Of a DNA stretch of 64,000 nt, positions 1-13,899 are shown one piece after another. The stretch comes from the human T2T-CHM13v2.0 reference genome, Homo sapiens. The stretch lies in the NCBI RefSeq assembly GCF_009914755.1, contig NC_060933.1; one strand, 5' to 3'. The position numbers and the translations under genes were made by a program. The notes beneath the pieces are model-generated. The model made no database searches and had not been told where the DNA came from. It was given only the letters and a program-made list of their open reading frames with translations. The first letter of the stretch is position 1, and each line of letters opens with the position of its first letter.

Positions 1-671
1 CAGCAGATTTTCTGGAGCTGCGGTGCTGACTACGAGCACATCCTTCTCTCTCCACCTAGAACCAGACCTTGGACTGTGGAGGGCCCACTACTCCTATGGG
101 CCATCTGGGCACTCAGCCAGCCAAGTACTCCTGGCAATATCTCTCTGGTGTCAGGACTACTTTAAATGTAGCCAGCTCCAATTTCCTTCTCTAAGGAGTG
201 GGGATAATTATGCCTTCCTTTCAGATGTAAGTGAAATAATACATATACATACTTATCGCATGTTCTTATTGAGCTAATAGATGTTCAATAAATGTTACTT
301 TCCCTTCTCCCCTGACTCCTTAGAACTTCAGAGCTTACAAATTACTACAGCTCTATCAGCACACATGGCTAAATTTTCACATTTCTACTCTTAGCCACTA
401 GAATCACTGATAGATTTGGAGGAAAACTCTGGGACCTTAAAGGGTCCCTGGAGTATTACATAAAGCTTCTTGCAGCATGAGAGTTGAACAGAAATTCTGT
501 TCATCTTTTGCTGTCGAAGCCAAGTTGGTGGCTTCTAAAGAACCAACTTAGAAGAAAACTCAGGAGAAAAATTTTATCATTTTGGGATGGTGAAGACCTG
601 CTTAAGTATGAAAGCAACCTGAAGTCATAAAGGAAAACATAGATTTAAACACATAAAAATTCAAAACTTCT

Positions 672-1004
<333 letters not shown>

Positions 1005-1223
1005 CTACATAGCTAAAGAAACCAGAGATAAAGAAGAGTGACAGATGGAGAGACCATATTTACAAATGATATGTAATAAACAAGAAAAATCCACAATATA
1101 AAAAGCTCCTGCAAACATATTTTTAAAACTAATAGAAAAATGGGTTAAAAGAAAAAGGGTAAAAAAAAATGGGCCAAAAAAAGGGTAAAAAAAAAAAAGG
1201 GTTAAAAAAAAGAAAAAAAAAGT

Positions 1224-1685
1224 CAGCTGGGCACAGTGGCTCACACCTGTAATCCCAGCACTTTGGGAGGCCGAGGCAGGTGAATCACTTGAGGCCAGTT
1301 TGAAACCAGCCTGGCCAACATGGTGAAACCCCATCTCTGCTAAAAATACAAATATTAGCCAGGTGTGGTGGCACACACCTATAGTCCCAGATACTTGGGA
1401 GGCTAAGGTGTGAGAATCACTTGAACCTGGGAGGCGGTGGTTGCAGTGAGCCAAGATCGGACAACTGCACTCCACTCTGGGGGATGGAGTGAGACTCCAC
1501 TTCAAAAAAAAAGAAAAAATACTCACATAAGAAATACAAATGGGCAAGCCAGCCATGGTGGCTCACGCCTATAGTCCCAGCTACTCAGGAGGCTGAGGCA
1601 GGAAGATCATTTGAGCCCAGGAGTTCGAGTCCAGCCTGGGCAACATGGCAAAGACTCCCATCTTGAAAGAAAGGATGAAAAAAGA
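1224..1685 (+). mobile_element. Alu (1224-1518) plus FLAM/Alu monomer (1547-1685)
   Basis: Alu consensus motifs and A-tails. Confidence 0.88.
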
Positions 1686-1914
1686 AAGACAGATGGCCAA
1701 TAAACACGTGAAAATTTGCTTAACTTCATCAGTAATCAGAGAAACATATTAAAACAAGATACTATGTCTGAATATGATACTGGCAAATATATAAAGGTTA
1801 GTAACACCCAGGGCTGGTATGAGTGTGAGGAATAAGCACTCCTATACACTGTTAATGAGAAAAAGCCAGAGGGCAAACTGACAGTATCTATCAAAACGTT
1901 TAAAGAGCATGATC

Positions 1915-3130
1915 TTTAAATCTCAAATCAGTAACCTAACCTTCTACCTTAAGACACCAGAAAAAGCAAACTTAACCAAAAGCAAGCAGAATGAAAGAAT
2001 AAAGATTAGAGAAGTTAATGAAGCAGAAAAATAAGAACAAAGAGAACAAATAATGAACTCAAAGTTGGTCCTCTGAAAAGATCAATAAAAATGACAAGCT
2101 TTTGGCAAGACTAAGAAAAAAAGAAAATTCAAATTATTATAATCAGTAATGAAAGAGGTACTATCCCTACACCAACTTTAACGGAAATAAAAAGGATCAT
2201 AAGGAATCACTATGAAATGTATGCCAACAAATTAGATGACTTAGATGAAGCAAACTCCTTGGAAGACACAAACTATCAAAACTGACTTAAGAAAAAATAG
2301 AAGGTCTGAATAGACCTATAACCAGAAACTGAATTAGGAATCAAAAAGTTTTCCACAAAGAAAACATCAGGCCCAGATGGCTTTACTGGTGAACGCTACC
2401 AGATATTTAAAGAAGAATTAATAAAAACCGACCACAAACTCTCTCAAAATACAGAAGAGGAAGGAACACTTCCCTACTCATTTTTTGAGGCAGTATTACC
2501 CTGATACCAAAACCAAACAAAGATCTCACGACGAAAGAAAACGAACAGACCTTTTCTGACAGTGGTAAACAACTATGAAAGAGAAGAAAGGGAAGGGGAG
2601 GGGAGAGGAGGGGAAAAGAAGGGAGGGGAGGGGAGAGAGAGAGAGAGAGAGGAAGGAAGGAAGGGAGGGAGGGAGGGAGGGAGGGAGGGAAAGACTACAG
2701 ACCACTATCTGTTATGAATACAAATCAACAAAATACTAGCAAACTCAATCCAGCAACAAATAAAAAGAATTATACACCATGACCAAGTGGGATTTATCCC
2801 AGGTATGCAAGATTAATATCTGAAAAATCAATGTATAATATACCATATCAATAGAATAAATGACAAAAAAACATGATCATCTCAACAGACACAGAAAAGC
2901 ATTTGACAAAACCCATCACCTTTTCATGATAAAAATACTCAACAAACCAGGAATAGAAAGGAACTTCCTCAACCTGATAAAGGGCACCTAGGAAAAACCC
3001 ACTGCTAACACCATTCTTAATAGTCAAAGACTGGATATTTTCCCCCTAACAAGACACATATGTTGTCTCTTAGCATATCTATTTAACATTGTACTGGAGG
3101 TTCTAACGGGGCATTTAGGCAAGAAAAAGA
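1915..3130 (+). mobile_element. Degenerate L1 ORF2 (RT region) fragment interrupted by a GA-rich simple repeat (2575-2695)
   Basis: CAGGCCCAGATGGCTTTACTGGTGAA, ACCCTGATACCAAAACCA, ATACACCATGACCAAGTGGGATTTATCCCAGG and GAAAAGCATTTGACAAAA are L1 ORF2 hallmarks; many stops and frameshifts. Confidence 0.9.
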
Positions 3131-3367
3131 GCTGCTGTGAGAGTTCATGAAAACAATGCATCTGAAGTATTTTTACCATGGTTGGCATGTAATAAGTGCT
3201 GAACAAGCATTATCTTTTGTTCAGTGATGTAGGTGGTTGTTGATGGAGCCTAGAACCCTGCATCTACAGTGGCTCCCACCAATTACTTTTTCACACTGAC
3301 CAACTTATCTATTCATCTTGACTTTTGATTTCCTGTTTAGAGACTAGAATTGCTGGGAGGTCTAAAG

Positions 3368-3570
3368 CAAGCATGTCCAACCGATGGCCCATGGGCCACA
3401 TGCGGCCAGGATGGCTTTGAATGCAGCTCAACACAAATTCATGAACTCTCTTAAAATATTGAGTTTTTTTTTTTTAACCTCATCGGCTATAATTAGTGTA
3501 TTTTATATGCGGTCCAAGACAATTCTTCTTCCAGTGTGGCCTGGGGAAGCCAAAAGATTGGACACCCCTG
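3368..3570 (-). mobile_element. MER30 (hAT-Charlie MITE)
   Basis: Termini CAAGCATGTCCAACC...GATTGGACACCCCTG; near-TSD GTCTAAAG/GTCTTAAG. Confidence 0.85.
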
Positions 3571-4696
3571 GGTCTTAAGTTTAGGTGGATGTGGATTTCT
3601 CCAGTAAGACCAATCCTGGCTCTTAGGGCCCAGTGACAGCCACCCCAGCATTACATAGCTGGCCCTAATGGAGGCAGCACTCAATGGTCCTACCACAAAG
3701 CCATTTAGCGATGCTGAGCAGGAGTACATGGCTACGTCAGAACTCCAGGCAGGAAGAGACTCTGGAGAGCATCCCAGCCAATCCTTCATCTCATTTTATA
3801 CATGGGCAAACTGAGGCCCAGAGAGAGAACATGATTTCTCTCGGATTATTCAGTAGGTTGGAAAGAGAGCTGGACTTTAGGGTCTGGCATCCTGGATTCC
3901 AACACCAGCCCCGAGGTAGAATAAAGCAGGTTATCTACAGGCTTGTGCTTTAGTTTTTCTACCAACACACCAGGCACACAAGACTGAGCCCGCCTACATC
4001 TATCTTTTTGTTTTAATGATATACTTTCTCACCTAAGACTCAATCAAACATCCAATGCTCCCTCTTCAGCTCCTCTTCCTAATCACTCAGCTGTCTGTGG
4101 TTTATGATGGCCTCTTGCCCAGGATACTGATGAACAACGTCCACCTGAAGGGAAGAATGTGAGCAGCCATAAAATTCCAGTGTAACTGACACAGGGGAAC
4201 ACACACTCCAAGTTTCCAGTGCTGTGGATTCAACAAGATAGCGGCCTTCTCCTTGTGGCCTGGGGTACTCGCTTTGGGCTATATTCTGTCCCTAAGTTGT
4301 GGTCAGAGCCTCACGCCTCTTCCTCTTCTTTCTCTTGACTCTGCCCCAAGGCAGATGAAAACCTGCATTTGGAGGAATTTTATATGTGGCCTAAGGGTGC
4401 TGACTGTATGCCTTTTGTGCCCAAGAAGATGAGTTAGGCATTGATCAAAAGACATTCAGAGTACTGATATTACCATATAACTAACCTCATTCACTCCTCT
4501 TACCAACATCTTGAGGTAAGAAATTATCTCCCTCATTTTATGTAGTAAGAAAATCTTGCCCTAGGTCTCTAGGAACAATATACTACTAGCAGCTCTGACC
4601 TAATTCAGTGGGCCCAGAGTGCCATATTAAGTCACAACTGACTGCTGCAGAATGCAGTCAAAGGAGAAGAAGACATATGACATAGCTATAAGGTGA

Positions 4697-5075
<379 letters not shown>

Positions 5076-5669
5076 TAGTCACTGAAATCACTAAGTCTAA
5101 AATCATTCCATCATTTATGCAATTCAGTGGGCTTCTGAATCTACAAGAGTCTACAAAAGATGCAGGCACATGGTGGATGACTACAAGGACAGAACTGGCA
5201 ATTCATATTTGCAGACTTTGGGCTATTGTAACAACTTATTTTTATCCAACATAATTTAAAAGCCTTTCTTCATTAGGGCCCTGTTTCTGGATCCCATACA
5301 CCAGGGCTATTACATAGAAGTTCATCCACATGAGTTAAATGATCAGGCGCCCAGGCTAGCCCAACAGAATATAAGTTTCTATGGATGGCTACATGCAGTG
5401 TTTCCAAAAACTGATCCACAAACTTTTTGATCAACACCATTATTTTTAAGTCAGGTTTTTAAAGCCAGAGCCTGCCCCATGCTATAGGTTTAGCGCCACA
5501 TATCAAGGAAGAAGGAAAGAATGTTCTTACTTTCTGTAAACCAACTTGGCAAAGGTAGGTGGGTGTTGAAAGAGCCACAGTAAGGCTCCTTTTGTGGACA
5601 CAGAGTGAATTCAACAGGAACTGCTCTGAGGCAATCACAGGAAAACCCTAATGTCCAGAAAGGCCACAT

Positions 5670-5687
5670 GGTGTCCAGCATAGGGAA

Positions 5688-5731
<44 letters not shown>

Positions 5732-5747
5732 TGTCCAGCATAGGGAA

Positions 5748-5792
<45 letters not shown>
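5670..5792. repeat. Tandem duplication of a 60 bp unit GGTGTCCAGCATAGGGAACTA(CA)n
   Basis: Identical 21-mer at 5670 and 5730, each followed by a ~20-unit CA tract. Confidence 0.95.
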
Positions 5793-5795
<3 letters not shown>

Positions 5796-5877
5796 GCTGG
5801 AAGTGTCAGTGTGAGGCTCCAGCTAGATCCAAATCGCCCTTAGAATCCACATACTTCAAAAGCCAGGATTTTCCAAT

Positions 5878-6570
5878 TTAGAACCTGTGAATGATTCCAA
5901 ACCTCTTGGAAAGCAATGCAGCAATGTGAATCAGTATTGTCAAGATGACCATATCCTCTGGCCTAGAAATTCTTCCCCAGGAATTTATCCCAGGAAAGTA
6001 ATTCAACTGAAGCAAAGAGCTACACACTACAAAAATGTTCATATCTAGATTATCTACGATAGTGAAACCTGGAATAGTGTATGCTAATGGAATATCTATA
6101 AGGATACTAGACAGCAACAAAAGATAATTAGGATAATCATAAACAACATAACATTTTATAAGATAATGTTGGATAAAAATGGCTGCATGCAAACAGTTTC
6201 ACTCTACAACTGCATTGGAATATATGCATTGGAATATGTATGCATTTGAAAAGTAATAGCAAGCTCTGTTACAGAAGTGGGAGCATGTTCTGTTACAATG
6301 GTAAGTAGAATTTTTTTTAACATTTAACATGGTAACATTGTATTTTCAACTAAAAAAAAAAAGGTCCTATAAAGCAAAAGCCAAAATCTTCACAAATAAG
6401 CATTATACTACCAATAATAAATAACATATATTCACAACTTATTCTGTGTTAGGCACTGTTTTAAGCCCTTTCGTGGCTACTACCTGTATTTCATAACATC
6501 TATGAGGTGGATACTGTTATTGCCATTTTACAAGTGAGAACACTGAGGCACAGAGAGGATAACAACTTTC
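5878..6570. mobile_element. Old L1M 3' fragment (~5878-6350) and MIR (~6410-6570)
   Basis: ACAAAAATGTTCAT..TTATCTACGATAGTGAAA (L1); CATTTTACAAGTGAGAACACTGAGGCACAGAGAGG (MIR core). Confidence 0.65.
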
Positions 6571-9118
6571 TTAAATCAAATACCACAGTGTGACAGAAAG
6601 AAACATTCCTTGTGCCATTTCTACGGGTCATCCACCTGCTAAAATTTTTATGTCTGCTTAGACAGACATGATGAAATCCTTAGCAGAAGCCTCATGGGTA
6701 GTGAGCTTCAAAAGGAATTCCAGAGGCCTTTCACGTTGCATATACAACCAGGTTTTCCCCCCCACTCGCCAAACTGGAATCTAGGAGGTAGAGAAAGACA
6801 GAGGCTAAAGACCAGCAGGCCCAGCCCACTCAAATTTCAGAAAGACAACAGAGACCAAAGGAGTTAGGACTTGCCTAAAATGATGTAATGAATTAGAAAA
6901 AGAATAAAGACCAGAGCTCGGAATCCTCACTCCAGCAGCCTTCAAGGCTTGCTCCTACCCTCTGCAGACCAAGAAATCCCTCTCTGCAGCTCTCTTCCCT
7001 TTCAACTGCCTCCCTTTGATCCCTCAGTCCAGCCACCCTCAGACTTCCTCTGTCCATAACAGTCCAAACTGCACCACCTTCTCTTTCTTTTATCATCTTC
7101 AGCTCACTCTGCCTCCATTTCCTTTCCTCTCCTGCCCTGCTGGTAAAGGTGTGCAACTTTTGGAATTTCAGCTTTAGTATTCTTTCCACATGACAGCAAG
7201 TAGAGGAAATCGCAGGTTACTTTTAGCAGTAGACTCCTGCCCTTCCAATAAGGGAGACTGTTCAAACATACTGAGAGACAGAGATGCTAAAATCAACGTC
7301 TGGAAGAGAGGTCCTTCATTCTGACTCTGGCCCTGGCCCAGACCACCCATTTGGCTCCCTGCACCTCCTCAGTACCCTCAAAGCACCCAGGCTTCCTCTC
7401 TCTGACCACACCATATTGCCAGAGTCTATCTACTACTACTAAGGGACTGCCCAAGAGTGGGGGCCTCTCTTGTTCATGTCTATCTCTCACACTTCATATA
7501 GTGTAGTTACCAATAAAAGTTTGCTGAATGAGGAAATGAGTCCCTGTTCATTCTCTTCCTGGGGGGAGGGGGTCTCTCCTGACTTTGGTGTGAAGACTCA
7601 ATTCTACCTATTCTTGGGCAGGCAGGGACTCTGCCCAGAGTACTCCTCTAAATGTCAGGCGCTACCCAACACCTTAATACCACATCCCCACAATCCCATA
7701 ACGCAAATACCAGCTTCCCTAGGCCGCACCCTGAACTCCACATCCTTTCCTGTTTCTTTTTTTGTTGTTGATTTTTTTCAAGCTGGCAGTGTCCTGCAAC
7801 ACCAATGACAGCTCTGCGGTTTCAGGATGTCAAAGGCAAAAGGCCATTATGCAAAACAGGAAGAAACTTTGAAAGAAAAAAACTTAAGGCATTTTTAGAA
7901 TATACTCTGTCATGGGGCCAAGCAATGATTGAATCCCCTGCCAGGGACCCTCCCCATGACCTCTAGGCCCCCGTGGTGGGGCAGGAAGGAGCCTGACCTC
8001 ACACTGTATCCGTCACACTGCTGACATAATCCTGCCCCTTCCCTCAGTGCAACCTCGCCCTAGCACTCCAGGCTTTGTGCCAAATGACCCCGGCAGACAA
8101 AACTGCTCCTCAGAGAGAATTTATCTCCACTGAGGACATTCTAAAGGGAGTAACTTCAAAGTATACTCCTTGGGAATAGCCTGGCACACTGGCCTGAGGC
8201 TTTATTGATCTAACCCACCTGAATCAGCCCCAACTGAGAACCAGGTTCTGCCTCTCCCTAAGAGAGCTTCTCCCTAAGAGAATTCCTAGAAACCTAAAGT
8301 TTCTCACTATGGCTCCTCCCTAGATCTCAGGACCACCTGGAGGTGGGAGAGCTGTGCTATATGTTTCAGAATCTGATTTGCAAGCTTGCTCCCACCTTCC
8401 TGTGCGTCACATCTCAATGATGTCAACAGCACTGGTTTAGCTAGCTGTTGTTCACCCACAACCACAGCCCCAGAGCCACAGTAGTCCACAGAAGTCCAGC
8501 ACAGGGACTTAGCTGCTAAAGAAACAAATGGAGAAGTTACTGAGAAAGCATCACCCCCACCGATTCTGTTCACAGCAGATTTCTGCTCAGCCAGATCCTA
8601 AGAGCCTATCCTGCAGCCTGGCCCTTTGCCCCTGCCCCCAGGCACTTCCTGGACCTAGTTTCTTTTTTAATCAGAATTCTAGACACATTGTTCAGCAATA
8701 AGTGATACTCATCTGCCAGCACTAAGCAAATCTGGAATTTCCAATGAGTCTATCCTTTTGTAAGACTGGCTTGAAAATCTAGCCCTTCTCAAAAAACATT
8801 CAACACTTTTTTTCCTTTTTTAGAAAGCTCTCCTACAGAAACCATCCAAAAAGTACATAAAGCTTTCTGCACAAGCATCACTACATCACTAAGAAAAAAC
8901 AAAAACTATATATGTATATGTGTGTGTTCAGCAACAGTTGAATGATTTTTTTAAGTTATGGCATATTCAGCTGACAGACTATGATACTGCCTTTGTGATT
9001 TTTAAAGGTATAGGGTCAAGTCTGTGACAGAATCTTAAATGAAAAATGCTGAACACCAGGCTATCTACATGAATCTATGTCAATCTATCTGTTCATCTAT
9101 AAAGACAACAGCTATAAC

Positions 9119-9415
9119 ACTGGGTGTGGTGACTGACACCTATAATCCCAGCGCTTTGGGAGGCCAAGGCAGGTGAATCACTTGAGCTCTGGAGTTCGAG
9201 ACCAGCCTAGGCAACATGGCAAAACCCCATCTCTACAAAAAATACAAAAATTAGTCAGGCATGGCGGTGTGCACCTGTGGTCCCAGCAACTCGGGAGACT
9301 GAAGTGGGAGAATCGCTTAGCCCGAGAGGTCGAGGCTGCAGTGAGCCGTGATCACTGCACTCCAGCCTGGGTGACAGAGCAAAAACCCTGTCTCAAAAAG
9401 AAAAAGAAAAAAAAA
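9119..9415 (+). mobile_element. Alu (AluJ-type)
   Basis: Alu dimer with A-tail. Confidence 0.9.
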
Positions 9416-12400
9416 TATATCAGCTATATTCTTAAACATGAAAAAGACTAGTAGGAAATATGCCGGTATGTTTCTTTTGGGTGATAGGAATTTGGGTGTG
9501 CTTTTATATCTCTTTCAACTTTTCAAATTATTTTCAATGAGCCTGCATTACTTTTTACTTTTAAAATGAAGGAAGAGATTATCCCCCCTCAAAAGGCAAA
9601 AGCAAAGACCCATACCCCTATCCCTATCCCCAACATCTCTGTGAGGCAAGTCATTCTCTCTCTCTCTCTCTCTCTCTCTGCCTGGGCTTTGTGAGGGGCT
9701 CTGGAGAAGCAGCGGGTGTGGGGAGTGGATAGAGAAGCAGCTACATAACACACCCAGACCAGACTTTAAAATCACTGCCAAAGAATTCAGCAACAGCCAA
9801 TTATATAGCCCCTGGCCTTCATTTGTGCAGGGAAGGGGCGGGCTGAGGCCAAGCCGCAAAGTGGAACCTGAAGCACTGAGTGTGTGACTCACCCCTCTGT
9901 CTTCTAAGGACAAATCCCTTTAGGCCACATTCACCCAGAACCAGCTCCCCACTAAACCCTGTCCCCCACCCCCAAGCCCCACTCTCCAACCTGGAGGTCT
10001 CTGACTTACAGAACAATATCCTGAGATCACTCCTTGAGCTAGTGACCGCCTCAGCTCACCCGGCAATGGCCCAGATCAACACAGAGGCCCCTACAACTCA
10101 GGTCTCAGGTCTCTACAATCTTAATCGCAGTCTGGCTCCCAGGAACCCCTACCAAGTTTAGGGACAGGAGGGACCCTGTGAGTCTAATCCCATGCCTTGT
10201 TAATTCCCCTAGGAGCCAGGGTCTGGCTGGCTGGCCTTACAGTGACCTCACTGCCCAGGGACCACACCAGTCTATACCAAAGCCAAATGTAAAACTGTCA
10301 CCATGCCAGGCCCTCAAAGGATTTAAGCTTCAAGGGCAGACCATTTGTCCTAAAACAACTGGATTGCTGCTCCACTGGACAAGAAAAACTGGAATTTCCA
10401 GGTAGATGTGGGTTCAAGCAGAATTCCAGTCTCTGCTTCTTCATAGTAAGAGCAGAGAACAAAGAGTAAGAAACAAGGTACAGGAGGCACTGGGTAAACA
10501 GATAGCAGGGAAATCAGCAGGTATGACTACTGAATAAACCTCTTTCACAAACACACACCCATAGCCCAGCTGAGTGCAAAGGGGATGAGCCTGCCGGCCC
10601 TGTTCCTTAAGTCTGGATGGTCCCTAGGGTGGAATCTGTGGAAAGCTTGGACTGCCTTGCTATTAACTGCCCCATAATTCCCAACCCATAAATTAGCTTA
10701 GTCCCAGCCTGGAAATCCCTACCCTGCTGCTACCCAAAGACCATAATACCCAGTGATATCTCATTATAATCATTATAAAGCAGCAAGTTAAAGATTACTC
10801 AGCAGAACTAATGCATAGCTTCAGAAATTAGAGGAAAATTTTCACACAACCAAATAAAACCAGGGCTGGAGAATTTTGATATGAACTTGGAGTTTCTGAA
10901 AGAAGAAAGGAAGAAATGAAGGAGGGAGGGGAGTGATAGGGAAGGGGATAAATACACACTTTGGTTCCCCTAGATGACCTCAGCACTGTTCAATTATGCC
11001 TCCCCTGCCTAAATTAAGAGTTCCTGAAGAGGAGGCACTTTGTTTTCTTCTTTGTAGCTCTAGTGCCCAGCATAATACAGGAACACTGCTGGAACTGAAG
11101 GAATGAAGTTATCAGATGCCTTAGCCGTCACGGATATCCATACAAGATCACCATACAAGACCCTTCAGATGGACCAAAAGACACACCTTGCAGGGATCTT
11201 CTGAAACGCTAGGGCATATCAGGTCACCCCTGAACCTGTGCACTAGCCAACTATTGAATAGTAACCTCCAGGAAGAGCACTAGACAATCCCATCGTGGAA
11301 TGCTACAGTTCTAAGAAGCTGCAGTTTAAGTCCAATCCCACATTTGGCTCTTACTCCCCATTCCCCAAGGAGTTTCCATTTGGTTCATCAGAGGCTCCAC
11401 TGCAGGTGGAGGCGGTGCCTTGTGTTTGCTCAAAGTCTGGAATGAATTACAGCAGCCAGGGATCACTCTTATTGCCATAGGCTGTGTCTAAGAAAGCGAC
11501 CAAGTTTCACCATGAAAGCAAACCAAATAGTCATGGAGGGTATTTCTCAATCTCAGACTGTTAGACAAAGAATGTCTGTGTATACGTCAATACATTATTT
11601 TCCACGAAAAAAACAACAGGACAAAACTGGCTTACAAGACTAGTTATCTGAGCCTAAAGCTTCAACCCCCAGGATGAAGCTCCACCCCAAGCCGGAAGGT
11701 GATGAGGTTCCAAGGCTCATCCCCAAAAGGGCGAGAGAGAGTCCTTTCCCAAGCCTCAAAGTACACTCTGTCCTGGGCAGCCTGCTTGTGTCCACATGTG
11801 TGCATATGAGGGAGGGGGAAACGTGCTGGTAGAGAAACACCTGAGAGCTGAGAGCCCAGCAAAGACCAGCAAGTGCTAGGACACAAACCCTGGCAGACGC
11901 TCAGCGACAGCCCCCATAAAAACCAGGGAAACCGGCTCATGAGCAAGTGCTCCTCGGGTGCCCTGGCTACCTGTAGCTGCTGTTTGCTGGTCCAAGTGCC
12001 CATCTCTAGATCAGAGTCTTCCCTTTGAACAAATGAAGAGGATCTCCTCAAAGCATAGGTGGGCAAGAGCGGCCTCTGAGGCTTAAGCAGTCTAACACTC
12101 ACTCCCCTACCCCCCTGAGGTGACTGTACCAACCATCCCAGGCCCCAGCTGAGCCCCCAGGCCAGCCTGCCTCTCTCACCAGTTCAGCTTCAGGTACTGC
12201 CCACCTCCCCCCATCACCCTACTCATCTTCAGACTGGCAGTGCCACAGCTGGTCAAGTCCCATTGAGCTGCTGCCCAATCTGAGCAGAGATAAACATGAT
12301 GGGGGAAGAAGCCCAAGGCCACTGTTCCTCCCATCTCAGCAGGCAAACACCCAGGTGGCCAGAAAAGAGGGCCTCGCTGCAGGGTTATAAGTGGATGCCG

Positions 12401-13603
12401 CATGGCCCCGCTGAGGACCTGAGACAGGGTTAGGAAAGAAGGATAGCATAGCACCTGCAGGCCTAAACTACCTGGGAGGATTCCCTGGAGAAAGCTGTAG
12501 AATCCTCAGGAAAGGCCCCCCTTCCCACTGCATCACTCACTCCTGCAAGCCTCACATTAGCCCAGAGCAGGGTGCCCGGTGTGGGGGCGGGGGGTACTAT
12601 GGCTCCAAACCTGCAGCCTGCCCCAGGTCACACTAACCCAAGTCTATCTGAAGACTATTCCAAGGCCCTGACAACTCCAACAGCAACCCATCAGCAGTCC
12701 AATCCGGTGCCTTATGTCCTCCAGGGAAGGGTTTGCCCATAACCCACACCTGTCAGCTGAGAGGAATCTCAGCATCTGGCCCAGACCCCTGGACACCAGA
12801 AAGTAAAGCCAAGTCGGGGAAAGGAACTGCAAGTAGTGAAAAGGCCACAACTCTAAACCCCACGGATGCTTTCTCCCACCAACCTCAAAACCACCCGCAA
12901 GGGCTTTGGCTGACACCTGCCCATGAACAGATGGGCTCGACTCCCCCCACCCACACACTCCCAAGGAGACTTTCAGCTTTCTCAAGGCCTCATAGCCAGG
13001 AACCTCCATTCTGAGAACTGTACCTAACCACCCAAACCTACAGACCCTATTAAAATGAAGAAAAGACCTCTCGGCCCCCATTTCTGGGGCTGCCTCAGCA
13101 GCAGCCTAAACGTCATGGTCTCTTGCATGTCACATGAAAGCAGCCAAAATAGAGAAGGCACTCTCTCCTCGTCCTCCAAAATGTTCTTTCTCAGGAAGTC
13201 CTTTCAAGTAGCCAATTATAGTCCATTTAGAAACACCAGTAACTGGTGACAAGCCGATCACTAGCAACACCATTACAAAACAAAACTAAGCAGAGGTATG
13301 GTCACGACCTTGTCTCTTACGCTTCTGAGAGAAGATGTGATACTCAAATACCAATGTAATCAACTTTGCGGTACTTTTGTTTAACTTGCTAATTATTTTT
13401 TCTTTCTGTGCAATATCCAGGCAACAACTAAAAACAAAAGCAAAAAACCTGGCCTTTTTCTGGCCTGGAGACTCAGTCTCTCTCCCCCTTCACTCTGCTG
13501 TGCAGAGCCATTTCTGTGGGAGTCTGAAAAAATGAAACTTTTTAAAGATCCTAAGCAAATATTATTACTATATTATTATTATACGGTGTATTGAGTGCCC
13601 GTA

Positions 13604-13899
13604 TTTTTTTTTTTTTTTTTTTTTAGACAGTCTTGCTTCGTCGCCCAGGCTGGAGTGTACTGGCACAATCTTGACTCACTGCAACCTCTGCCTCCCAGGT
13701 TCAAGCAATTCTCCTGCCTCGGCCTCCTGAGTAGCTGCGATGCCACCACCCCTGGCTAACTTTTTTGTATTTTTGTAGAGATGGGATGGTGTTTCACCAT
13801 ATTGGCCAGGCTGGTCTCAAACTCCTAACCTCAAGTGATCCACTCCCCTCAGCCTCCCAAAGTGCTAGGATTTACAGGCGTGAGCCACCATGCCCAGCC
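13604..13899 (-). mobile_element. Alu inserted in a MIR (MIR ~13560-14050)
   Basis: TSD GAGTGCCCGTATTT/GAGTGCCTGTATTT at 13593 and 13901. Confidence 0.9.
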
